NCBI RefSeq assembly: GCF_001194135.2
Contig: NC_068982.1
Location: 53,979,969 to 54,018,113, forward strand
Direction of reading: 5' to 3'
DNA length: 38,145 nt
From: Octopus bimaculoides
Lineage: Eukaryota
Both the position numbers and the translations under genes were made by a program. Shown in pieces: positions 10,703-21,832 of the stretch (positions are counted from its first letter, which is position 1; each line of letters opens with the position of its first letter). Under the pieces are notes generated by a model. The model was not told where the DNA came from. It saw nothing but the letters and a program-made list of their open reading frames with translations, and searched no databases.

Positions 10703-10860
10703 GGCGCAGGGGTAGCTGTGTGGTAAGAAGCTTACAACCACATGGTTTCGAATTCAGTCCCATTGCGTGGCACCTTTGGCAAGGGTCTTTTACTATAACC
10801 TCGAGTCGACCATCGCCTTGTGAGTGTGCTTGGCAGAGGGAAACTAAAAGAAAGCTGTTG
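10703..10860 (+). mobile_element. Family 1 SINE, 5' half
   Basis: GGCGCAGGGGTAGCTGTGTGGTAAGAAGCTT..CACCTTTGGCAAG; followed by a gap. Confidence 0.85.
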
Positions 10861-11059
10861 TGTATAGACATGCANNNNNNNNNNNNNNNNNNNNNNNNNN
10901 NNNNNNNNNNNNNNNNNNNNNNNNNNNNNNNNNNNNNNNNNNNNNNNNNNNNNNNNNNNNNNNNNNNNNNNNNNNNNNNNNNNNNNNNNNNNNNNNNNNN
11001 NNNNNNNNNNNNNNNNNNATACATTATATGTATGAATGTGTGTGTATATGTATATATAT

Positions 11060-11822
11060 ATATATATATAAAATAGAGATCTGTGCGTGTTCACTTTTCA
11101 CGCGAAAAAGGCTTCACCAATTGCTTTTATACTTGTGATGCATGAATAATTTGACCTCGGACAAATAATAGGCTGTTCATTTGATTTTTTTATTAATAAT
11201 TATTATTAAAATAAATTATGCTTTTTATATTACATTCGCGCCTTTGAAAGTTTTTAAAATATTTACTTCCGGTTTTATAGCGTCAGTGACGTAACATATC
11301 TCTTTATGTATATCTCTCTATCTATATCTCTCTATTCATATCTCTTGTTCTCACTTTCATTTTTCAGACGCTACTCTTTTCACTTTCAATTTTCATACGC
11401 CATTGTTAAACTTCCATGTTATTGTTTTAACTGTAAGTTGAAGTTTCCATTCGCTATTTACAAACAAACAACAACAAATTGTTGACAGAAAGAAGTTCAC
11501 TATTACTGATAAAAGTAATTTCATAATTTACTGATAGAAGTATCTTCATAAATTTCAATTCAATCTGTACGGTTTTGTGTTTTTCTGTTGTTGACGGTTT
11601 CTTTCTGGTTCCTTTGATACTCACTGACTGACAAATTTTGCTTCAACCGGTACAATACTTTATTTTCCGCTAATTTTTTTTATTTACTTTCTGCTCGTTG
11701 TATCAAGAAACATAATTTCCGTTACCAAGTTATCTTCATTGTTTACTATCTTCTGCACTCGTGTATTTCTGTATACATATAAGACTATGCCTAGAAGGAA
11801 AGTGTCAAATTTGTCGGCATAA
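11060..11822 (+). mobile_element. Probable Helitron 5' region with vestigial ORF start
   Basis: TATATAAAATAGAGATCTGTG..CGCGAAAAAGGCTTCACCAATTGCTTTTATACTT resembles animal Helitron 5' ends. ATG at 11787 gives MPRRKVSNLSA*, resembling RepHel N-termini. It lies just upstream of, and co-oriented with, the helicase relic. Confidence 0.45.
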
Positions 11823-12127
11823 CTACAGATTTCTGCCCCCTCCTCCGAATTTGGATGATCATAACTTTCCGAAAAATGAATATTTTTTAATGAAATTTTC
11901 TACAAATATGTTTTATATCATCTAGATTCCGAATATATAAAATTTTGGGGAGGTAATTGTTTTAAGAGGGGATGGGGTGGGGAATTTCTGAAAATTCACC
12001 GGAGTTCACTTCAATTCGTCTTAAGTTTCAAGAAAATGGATATTTTTAAATGAAATTCCCGACAATAATACCTCGGATTATGTAGATTTCGAGGACACAA
12101 GAATTTTGGGGGAAAACACTTGGGGGT

Positions 12128-12577
12128 TATTTTTGAGAACTGCTTCCCACGCGGGGGCGTTTCGGAACAAGTCATCCATATTTGTTTTATTTTCTCCGTT
12201 TTGTGTGTTTATGCATCCATAGATTTCTTCTGAAGCAACAAACAGGCAATGAAGGCAAATAAAACCCTCATAAGAAAACTCGTTATGCTAAAAACAACAT
12301 TTAATGGTCTGGTATTTCACTTTAAGTAAATTCTCAGGTAAACGTTTCTAATAGAAAGGCAGAAGACACCAGAAGGAATATACACGTACAGTTAAATATA
12401 GAAGTGTAAAGTATAATTTGTTATATAATCACTATAATAAACATGATATTGAATGGAATAAGTCCCCGTTTGAAGTAGAAATCTACGGATGCACAAACGC
12501 ACAAAACGGAGAAAATGAAACAACTATGTACGACTTGTTCCGAAACACCCCCAAGTGGGGAACAGTTCTCAAAAACT
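12128..12577. repeat. ~100-bp inverted repeat pair (12128-12230 and 12475-12577)
   Basis: Gap-free alignment of the left arm reverse complement to the right arm, about 87% identical by hand count; spacer about 245 bp. Confidence 0.92.
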
Positions 12578-12584
12578 ACTCAGA

Positions 12585-13506
12585 GTTCAACTATCTAAGG
12601 CTTCTATTACACCATGTCAAGGGACCCACATCATTTACAGCCTCACATACGGTTGATAACACAGTATGTCAAACATATTGCCAGGCTTGCCATTTCAGAG
12701 GTCTTCTAGATGATGATGCACACTGGGATGCCACTCTGACATAGGCACAAATGTGAAAGTCTCCTATGGAACTGAGAAACCTCTTCTCCATCATTCTGGT
12801 AAAATGCTGCATTGTCAAATCCAAATAAACTTTGGTACAAAACAAGGAGTGGCTTTCTGAAGACATTCTTCAAAGAATTCAATATCAATGTGACGATGAT
12901 GTCACATTCAATGATGATATCTTCAATGAGGCATTAAGATTAATAGACGACAAGGTTCAATCAGCGGGTGGAAACAAATTTGAAATCTATGGTCTTCCTT
13001 TCAGAGATGTTCAACACAGATTAGCACAAGAGATAATCAAAGAAACATCATACAATATGGAAAGTTTGCAAGTAGTTGTCGATGAAAAGGAACCAATTCT
13101 GGTGCATTATTATCAAAAGGAGATACACTGGCAAGTTCTTACATCTGTGGACAATAACACTAGAGGGGTTTTCTTCATAGATGCTTCTGGAGGCACAGGA
13201 AAGACATTATTGATGAACCTGCTCTTTGCCAAGGTTAGACAGAAGAAGAAGATTGCTCTAGCTGTTGCATCCTCTGGAATTGAAGCCACACTCCTAACAG
13301 GTGGAAGAACAGCCCATTCAACATTCAAGCTGCCTTTGAACTTCATCCAAAATGAATCTCCTTTATGCAACATATCCAGCGTTAGCAAAGCTCCTTACAG
13401 ATGCCAAACTCATTGACTGGGATGAGGCAACAATGTCCCATAAGGCAGCCTTTGAAGCGCTTGATACAACACTACAAGACTTCAGAAACAATAAAAAGAT
13501 CATGGG
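12585..13506 (+). pseudogene. Helitron RepHel Pif1-family helicase fragment (decayed)
   Basis: YLRLLLHHVKGPTSF..GLLDDDAHWDATL*, ELRNLFSIIL, Walker A FFIDASGGTGKT, KIALAVASSGIEATLLTGGRTAHSTFKLPL, Walker B LIDWDEATM..FEALDTTLQD; in-frame stops and frameshifts; cut by (CA)n and a gap at 13506. Confidence 0.95.
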
Positions 13507-13550
13507 TGTGTGTGTGCCTGTGTATATATACACAGGCACACACACACGCA

Positions 13551-13587
<37 letters not shown>

Positions 13588-14433
13588 NNNNNNNNNNNNN
13601 NNNNNNNNNNNNNNNNNNNNNNNNNNNNNNNNNNNNNNNNNNNNNNNNNNNNNNNNNNNNNNNNNNNNNNNNNNNNNNNNNNNNNNNNNNNNNNNNNNNN
13701 NNNNNNNNNNNNNNNNNNNNNNNNNNNNNNNNNNNNNNNNNNNNNNNNNNNNNNNNNNNNNNNNNNNNNNNNNNNNNNNNNNNNNNNNNNNNNNNNNNNN
13801 NNNNNNNNNNNNNNNNNNNNNNNNNNNNNNNNNNNNNNNNNNNNNNNNNNNNNNNNNNNNNNNNNNNNNNNNNNNNNNNNNNNNNNNNNNNNNNNNNNNN
13901 NNNNNNNNNNNNNNNNNNNNNNNNNNNNNNNNNNNNNNNNNNNNNNNNNNNNNNNNNNNNNNNNNNNNNNNNNNNNNNNNNNNNNNNNNNNNNNNNNNNN
14001 NNNNNNNNNNNNNNNNNNNNNNNNNNNNNNNNNNNNNNNNNNNNNNNNNNNNNNNNNNNNNNNNNNNNNNNNNNNNNNNNNNNNNNNNATAAGCACATAT
14101 TTACATATTTTTTTGTAGTTTTTGACTCATTTAGTCCCTCTAAGCGTGAGGCATTATTATATAGTAATGCCCTTATATAAATTTATATATAATTACGGGA
14201 AAAAACGATGGGTTTTTTTTTCCTTATGGGTTTTTTTTAATATAAATTTTTTAAAAGGTTTAATAAAAAGTAACAACTAATTAATCAATAATGTATGCAC
14301 ATATATATTTATGCATGCATCCATATCTGTATATATATATATATATAAACGAGTGTGCATATGCGTGAGTGTGTATAGTCTGTTGAAACTGAATTTACAT
14401 ATCACCACTTGATCTTCATCTCATTGCGATCTG

Positions 14434-14464
<31 letters not shown>

Positions 14465-14939
14465 TGTGTGTGTGTGTGTGTGTGTGTGCAGAGAGAGAGA
14501 GCGAGACAGAGACAAAGAAAGGGAGTGAAGGAGAGGCTGAAGACAGACAACCAGAGACAGAGAGAGAAGGGGAGACAGAGAGAGACAGAAAGAGACAGAG
14601 AGAAAAACAGACAGACAGACACATACATACATTCATACATACATACATACATACATACATACATACATACATACATGCATGTATATTCGCGTTGCATGTA
14701 TGTAAACGTATACGTATATATACTGAAGGAATTTGAATCAAAATTCGTTCATGAATGTTGTAAAACGGAAAATGGTTATTTCAAATGTATTGGGAGCTTT
14801 GTTTCCTTTCTATGGCTCGCCCTTGAGAATCAACAAATCCATTACTTTCAATTTGCCCTTACACTACAGCAATGCTAAAAATTCGTAACTCTTCATGTTT
14901 TTTCTTAGATATATTTTTTATTCTCCATATTTTTCCATT

Positions 14940-14982
<43 letters not shown>

Positions 14983-15411
14983 CTTTTTGTTATATAAATA
15001 TAATTCGTTACCGTAGGATAAAATATTAGTTGCTGAAACACCAACGCAGAAATCTGCTCGAGCGGGGATGGAAGGACCTATAGAAGAATCTAAAGAATTT
15101 GCTGAGATGAGGTATGGAATGGGTAAATACACATACATACACACACGCACGCACACACGCACACACACACACACAAACGCGCGCGCGCATACGCACGCGA
15201 AAGCACACGTACAAATATATTTGCATATATGGAGAAAGTGAACGAGAGAGGAAAAATGTTAAAAATGTTCTACATAAGTTCGAAAATATAGAAAAGTAAA
15301 AAGAAAATTCCTTTAAGATTGCAATGAATTAATTCCGAAGTATATTATTTCAGTCGAATCATTTGAAAATACCTCATTAAACTCTTCAAAGTCTGTAATT
15401 ATGAGAACACC

Positions 15412-15475
<64 letters not shown>

Positions 15476-15660
15476 TATAACCAGCAATGGCGAAAATAGC
15501 ATTAATTCTTTTAGGTCGTTCAATTTGTCTCAACTGATCAATAGACCAATTGAGTAAACCAGTCAGTTAAGTACCTATAATAATTTCTACTGGAAACAGC
15601 TGTAATCCAAATTTATGTTAGAAGAAAAATATGTAACGATCATTATTTATACCTTGTTAT

Positions 15661-15695
<35 letters not shown>

Positions 15696-15709
15696 CATAT
15701 GGATATATG

Positions 15710-15747
<38 letters not shown>

Positions 15748-15748
<1 letters not shown>

Positions 15749-16470
15749 CAGGTTATAAATGAAGTTCTGTTCGTTTGTTTTTTTAAACAATTAAGATTTA
15801 AAGGTGTTTAACTTCTTAGTTCTATTCGAAGTATAACTAAAATCATTAATATATCATTTTCATTCATTTTATTTCAGATTTTGTCATTTTAATCATAACT
15901 GAAGTTGTTGTATTAGCCCCATGTTCACTCCAAGCAAAGAACATGTTTGTCATGTTATCCTTTATGAATTTTTGAAAGAGAATAGTGCGAGTGTAGCAAC
16001 CAAATCGCTCCAAAATACTTGTGGTGATGGTGTAGTAACTTAAAGAACATGCCGATTGTTTTCATGATTCAGAAACGGGGCCTACAACCTGCAGAAGAAA
16101 GATGAACAAGAAGGTTGGATCCTGATACAATGGAAGCCACTGTTAAAGCAAACCTTATTCTTACAGCTCGATCACCGTTAGATAAGCCTGATTCTTACAG
16201 ACTTCAACGTGAGCCACCGCCATTCATCATGAATTGAAAAGGCTTAGTAAACTGTCACAAGTTGGAAATCTCGTGAGCTGCAAATGCCTTTTTCTTTTAA
16301 ATAGAGACATTATTGGAGATGAAAAATGGATTCTTTGCCATAATGTTAAGTGAAGACGTCAGTGGCTCTGTCGTGATGAAGAGCCAGCCAGCTCAGGAAC
16401 TCAGAAGTGGCCTCTATCAAAGAAGATTCTTCTGAGTGTATTGTGGGATATGCATGGTAAATGATACTAT
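15748..16470 (+). mobile_element. Decayed, 3'-truncated mariner transposon
   Basis: From ATG 15921: MFTPSKEHVCHVILYEFLKENSASVATKSLQNTCGDGVVT*RTCR..FRNGAYNL (mariner HTH); later IIGDEKWILCHNVK*RRQW (first catalytic D motif) and LSVLWDMHG; several stops and frameshifts. Confidence 0.85.
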
Positions 16471-16542
16471 ACCTTTGTTTGTGTGTGTGACTTGAACAGA
16501 CAGACAAAATGGACCTTAAGTGTACAATTTCTCGTGGACCTT

Positions 16543-16824
16543 TCAAAGCCTAGCCAGGCTCATGGGCCCGGTTTCCCGGTTTCTATGGCGTATGCGTTCC
16601 CCCCAGCTGGACGGGACGCCAGTCCATCGCAGCGTTACTCAAGAAGCAGGAAGAAAGAGTGAGAGAAAGAGTACAACAAGGGTCGCCACCACCTCCTGCC
16701 GGAGCCTCGTGGATCTTAGGTGTTTTCGCTCAATAAACATTCACAACGCCCGGTCTGGTAATCGAAACCGCGATCCTCCGACTGCGAGTCCACTGCCTTA
16801 ACCACTGGGACATTGCGCCTCCAC
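16543..16824 (-). mobile_element. Chimeric SINE: family 3 head with V-domain-like 3' half
   Basis: Head (GTGGAGGCGCAATGTCCCAGTGGTTAAGG..CCAGACCGGGCGTTGTGAATGTTTATTGAGCG) matches 25077 and 30238; tail (CTGCGATGGACTGGCGTCCCGTCCAG..GAAACCGGGAAACCGGGCCCATGAG) matches 31105-31180. Confidence 0.88.
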
Positions 16825-17554
16825 TAAGTGTACAATGAATATACGTAATGTTTACTGCAAATTACACTCGCACGTGAACGTGCGTGCACGCACGCACACA
16901 CACATATACACATAGATACACATTAGTTTGAATAAGGGTATGTTAAATACCATGCAAAATTAATTCTTGATTTACTGAAATCATCTTCGCTTCTAGAAAA
17001 GGTATAACAATCGTTGGTGGTAGTTGGTACCAACTCCCAATATAAAGAAAAGACAATCTCAAGAATCAAAAATTATCCCATGATTGACATGTCATTAAAG
17101 AAATGACTGTTCGATTGTTTGGAGACGAGGAGGTACGTATGGACACGAGTTTCTGCTTTAATAGGTATCGTCAGAAAATCTGTTGCCCTGCTTTGTCTCC
17201 AGTAAAACGTGATAGTTAGAAGTATATACAAAAATTGTGCAACACACATATAATTCAGGTAAATTTCATAAATGAAATTAAATTCAACTACTTCTCTGTA
17301 GATTGACCAAAATAGTGAACAGCCTTAATCGACTTTCTAAACTTATTGATTTCTTACCAGAAGTGTCTAAATCACATGTCCAAGTCCAGAAGAGCAAATA
17401 GCCAATCTGGTTATATAGACATCCAATCCAGTAGCTTCAGGGAAATGGATTTACTCATTTGCATACTACGAGTATTTATCACTTTATTTGATGTAAGCGT
17501 CCTGCCAACTGGGATATGTCATCACAGTATTAACGTATGGTATACGTAAATATA

Positions 17555-17980
17555 GGCGCAGGCATAGATGTGTGGTAAGAAGTTTGTTTCTCAACCACAT
17601 GGTTCCGGGTTCATTCTCATTACGTGGCACCTTGGACAACTGTCTTTTACTATAACCTCGGGCCGACTAAAACTTTGTGAGTAGATTTAGAAGACGGAAA
17701 CTGAAAGAAGCTCGTAATATATATGTATGTGTGTGTGTGTGTGTGTGTGTATATCTTCGTATCTGTGTTTGGCCCCCCTCCCTACCGCTTGTCAACCGGT
17801 GTTTGTGTATTTACGTTCCTGTGAATTAGCGGTTCAGCAAAAGAGACCGATAGTATAAGTACCAGCTTTTAAAAAAGAAAAAAAGTTCTAGAGTTGATTC
17901 ATTCGACTAAATATTTTTGAAGGCGATGCTCCGGCATGGCCGCAGTCTAATGTTCGAAACAGGTAAAAGATAAAGATAAA
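17555..17980 (+). mobile_element. Family 1 SINE, full length with internal (TA)/(TG) microsatellite
   Basis: Head, CACCTTGGACAA CORE-like box, internal microsatellite 17716-17752 and a 3' half ending CATGGCCGCAGTC..GTAAAAGATAAAG. Confidence 0.9.
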
Positions 17981-18071
17981 CAATAAAGATTCGTAGTAGG
18001 CATACAAACATGGCTAATTTAACTATTTCTCTGTAGATGGAAAAATTATGAACTGCCTTAATGTGTTCGAG

Positions 18072-18190
18072 CAGTGGTTCCAAAAAAAGAGAGCGATACT
18101 GCCCGATTGGGGACGGTGGAAAGATCCAGGGGGTGTTGAAGAAAAGTAGAGCAATAATGGAGTAGGCAAAAAGGGGTGATGGGTTTACCC
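18072..18190 (+). mobile_element. Possible hAT (Charlie-like) element end
   Basis: Begins CAGTGGTTCCAAA, resembling the CAGTGGTTCCCAA hAT terminus; truncated by a gap. Confidence 0.3.
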
Positions 18191-18619
18191 NNNNNNNNNN
18201 NNNNNNNNNNNNNNNNNNNNNNNNNNNNNNNNNNNNNNNNNNNNNNNNNNNNNNNNNNNNNNNNNNNNNNNNNNNNNNNNNNNNNNNNNNNNNNNNNNNN
18301 NNNNNNNNNNNNNNNNNNNNNNNNNNNNNNNNNNNNNNNNNNNNNNNNNNNNNNNNNNNNNNNNNNNNNNNNNNNNNNNNNNNNNNNNNNNNNNNNNNNN
18401 NNNNNNNNNNNNNNNNNNNNNNNNNNNNNNNNNNNNNNNNNNNNNNNNNNNNNNNNNNNNNNNNNNNNNNNNNNNNNNNNNNNNNNNNNNNNNNNNNNNN
18501 NNNNNNNNNNNNNNNNNNNNNNNNNNNNNNNNNNNNNNNNNNNNNNNNNNNNNNNNNNNNNNNNNNNNNNNNNNNNNNNNNNNNNNNNNNNNNNNNNNNN
18601 NNNNNNNNNNNNNNNNNNN

Positions 18620-18828
18620 TATATATATGGGAGAATTTACGAAAAAAAAAAACAACAGACGAAGACAGGTGGTGTAAACAACAAATGGATGTATTAGTTT
18701 AACGCTCGGGAATAGAGAAAGTCTTTGACGTTTCGAGCTACGCTCTTCAACTGAAAGGAACTCAGAAAGAAATAAGGAGAGAAAGAGAAACAAGGAGAAA
18801 AAAATATAAATGTAGTGGTCAGCGATCT
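18620..18828 (-). mobile_element. Short Penelope-like repeat, copy A
   Basis: Nearly identical to 35906-36068; contains GACGTTTCGAGC..GCTCTTC (minus strand GAAGAGC..GCTCGAAACGTC), a PLE-terminus-like motif. Confidence 0.6.
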
Positions 18829-18857
18829 ATATATATATATATATATATACATACATA

Positions 18858-19007
18858 AGACGGGCTTCTTTCAGTCTATCAAATCCACTTTGGTCGGCTC
18901 GAGGATATAGTAGAAAACACATGCGCAAGGTACCATGCAGTGGGATTGAACCAAGAATGATGTGATTGACAAGCAAGCTTCTTACCACAACAGCCATGTC
19001 TGCATCT
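18858..19007 (-). mobile_element. Family 1 SINE, 5' half
   Basis: GACGGGCTTCTTTCAGT..CAAGGTACCATGCAGTGGGATTGAACC..CTTACCACAACAGCCA. Confidence 0.85.
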
Positions 19008-19752
19008 AGATATTATCAGTCTTCGTCCACCCATAGGCCTGCTGCTGGTTGGCTCAGCTATTTTTTTTTTTTATTCGATGAGCCGAGCTCTTGTCGTAGT
19101 AATTACGATACTCATTAACTTCACTAAAGCTAATATTGGGCAACTAAAAGAGATAATCAACCTTGTCTACTCAATCTACGTCGATTGTTCTGGCAGAAAT
19201 ATAAACTATGTAAATATGTTTATTATTAAATATAAATGTGTCAGCGTATGTTTCAGTATGTGTGGGGAGACGGAAACTACATAGAGAGAAAGTTGAGTGA
19301 GAGAGGGGCGGAGATAGAGATTGACAAAAGACAGATGGACATACCGTATATAAACTTGTACACGTATGTATACATACTCAAATTCTCTCCCTCAAACACA
19401 TATTGCACACGCACGCCACGCACACACACACACACACACACACACAAACACGTACATACAAAATACTCGTATATAAGCATCCACACATACACGTCCTTTT
19501 ACATGCAGGTATGTGTGTGTGTGTGCGTGTGTATGTGTGTAGGTATCTAATCATGCATACGATTTCGATGAAATCTGATCAAGCACTCCCATGCGTGTGT
19601 GTATATATTATGTATTTGTGTGTATATATATATATATATATACAATATGTATGTATATATACATACATATATAATACACACATAGATAGACAGTTGACAC
19701 ATACAGACAGACATGCGCCATGCGCCATGCGCACACACACACACACACGCAC

Positions 19753-19828
<76 letters not shown>

Positions 19829-20626
19829 AATATGAGTATGTATGCATGTATGTATGCGCAGACATTCACACACACAAGCACACACACACACACACACACA
19901 CACACGCATGCACGTACACACACATATACATACGTGCGTACGCGCCCGAATATTCACGTGATTGTGGACAAGTTGACATTTTCATGCTAGATTTGAGGTC
20001 TGATGTAGATAATTAGAGTCTGGAGCAGAAAAAAAAAGAAGGGTGGGGGAAGTTTCCCTGATATCATATGAAGACTGAAGTAAATATGTCATGAGGTTAA
20101 TGAAGTGATTCAAATACTGTAGTTTCATCTTTTTTGTTCTATTTCATCGTATTGTTTCGTTTCATCTTGTGTGGCCATTTGCAAGTTCGCTTTTGTGTGA
20201 GTGCGTGCGCGATTGTATATCTGTGTGTATATGTGAGTACGTATGAGCGTGTGTGTGTGCGTGTGCATGTGCACGCGCGCAAGTGTGTGTCTGTGTGTGT
20301 GTGTGCGTGTGTGTGTGTACGCTTTAGTATTAATAGAGACACAGACAATACAGAGTCATTCGTGATTATACTTCGACTCGCCCCGTATTTATGAAATGAC
20401 AAGCTCGCATACCCATACTCGCTAGCCTTTACATGAGTATGTATGTATGTATGTATGTAGTTTGCATGCATGTTTGCATGTATGTATGAATGCATGCTTA
20501 CTAGATTGTCTGCATGTATGTATGTATGTTATGTGTTTCTATCTTTGTATGCTTGGGTAAGGATCAGGGCAGCTTTGAAAATATTTTAGGCAACAATCTC
20601 CTGTCTCAAGAGAAGGTAGTGCCTTA

Positions 20627-21069
20627 CAGATAAGTCTTTTCTACTCTAGGCACAAGGTCCGAAATTTTATGGGAGGGGGCTAGTCGATTAGATCGACCCA
20701 AGTACGCAACTGGTAATTAATTTATAGATGCCCGAAAGGATGACAGCCAAAGTCAACCTCGGCGGAATTTGAATTCAGAATGTAAAGACAGACGAAATAC
20801 CGCTAAGCGTTTCACCCGGCGTGTTAACGTTTCTTATTTCTTTATCGCCCACAAAGGGCTAAACATAGAGGGGACAAACAAGGACAGACAAAGGGATTAA
20901 GTCGATTACATCGACCCCCAGTGCGTAACTGGTACTTAATTTATCGACGCTGAAAGGATGAAAGACAAAATCGACCTCGGCGGAATTTGAACTCAGACCG
21001 TAACGGCAAACGAAATACCGCTAAGCATTTCGCTCGGCGTGCTAACGTTTCTGCCTGCTCGCCGCCTTA
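20627..21069 (-). mobile_element. Two adjacent family 2 SINEs with different 3' tails
   Basis: 20627-20832 has the CCTTGTGCCTAGAGTAGAAAAG tail; 20833-21069 has a CCCTTTGTCTGTCCTTGTTTGTCCCCTCTATGTTTAGCCC tail; both share the head and Nin core. Confidence 0.88.
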
Positions 21070-21209
21070 GCGCCTTGCAGATGATTATGGACAGCTGATG
21101 ATTACGTAGGTGATATCTTCCAAACTTTCGTATCACAACTGACATTTTCTAATACAGCGTGGTGGTCTGGAGGTATCTTTATCTCTTTAATTGATCAGGT
21201 ATTTAATCA

Positions 21210-21646
21210 GCCATTCAAAATCAGTGTTACTATATGGCTGTAAAACATGGACACTGATAAAGAAATTATCAAACGGAGTAAATGGATGCTACACAAGGAT
21301 GGCACGAATGGCCCTAAATGTGAAATGGCAGCGACATATGACAAATGAATGCCTTTATGGAAACCTGCCGAAAGTTAGCAAGAAGATCAGGCAAAGATGG
21401 CTGCGACTACCTGGTCACTGCGTAACTCACCCTGAATTGGAAGCATCTAAAATTAGACTTGTGGAACCCACTTCATAGTGATGTATGCAGAGAAATTCAT
21501 TGTCACACTAACATCGACAACTTGCTTGTAGACACTAGCCTGGAATGTATTCAGGACCTCGAAGCACTGATGATGGACCAGAGAAGTATGACTGGTAGAC
21601 TGTGCTGCTGCGGCCCGTGTTGGAGCCCGGTCATAATAATAATAAA
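21210..21646 (+). pseudogene. RTE-clade LINE 3' end (RT C-terminal region), 5'-truncated
   Basis: SVLLYGCKTWTL..GCYTRMARMALNVKWQRHMTNECLYGNLPKVSKKIRQRWLRLPGHC; frameshifts to WNPLH..NIDNLLVDT; ends in (TAA)n at ~21634. Confidence 0.88.
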
Positions 21647-21769
21647 TGGCAGCCTTATAAGATTTTGTTGTTAAAATATATATGCGCAATAAATTGCTTG
21701 CAATTCCTAATAATGTTTAGTTATAAAAATCCTAGGATATTTTTTATATATACATCGAATGGCTATGGA

Positions 21770-21832
21770 GGCCCAGTGGAGTAAAACAGGAATCACAAGG
21801 CTCCACAGGCAAAAACTGGTTGCGAACCACTG
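21770..21832 (-). mobile_element. Possible hAT (Charlie-like) terminal fragment
   Basis: Ends GGTTGCGAACCACTG (reverse complement CAGTGGTTCGCAACC). Confidence 0.3.

Noticed and set aside
12418-12744. 108-aa ORF as a genuine gene
   Set aside because: It is a chance fusion of the inverted-repeat arm with a decayed Helitron frame.
14149-14172. Hairpin AGGCATTA..TAATGCCT as the Helitron 3' terminus
   Set aside because: It is AT-rich, no CTRR follows it, and a gap separates it from the helicase.
17272-18062. ~45-bp similarity between 17285-17330 and 18019-18062 (AACTA.TTCTCTGTAGAT..GAAC.GCCTTAAT)
   Set aside because: Too short and diverged to assign; probably remnants of an old repeat.
18072-21832. 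Two hAT-like termini in inverted orientation 3.7 kb apart as one composite element
   Set aside because: The 8-bp flanks (TGTTCGAG vs CACTAAAA) do not form a TSD; they are more likely independent fragments.
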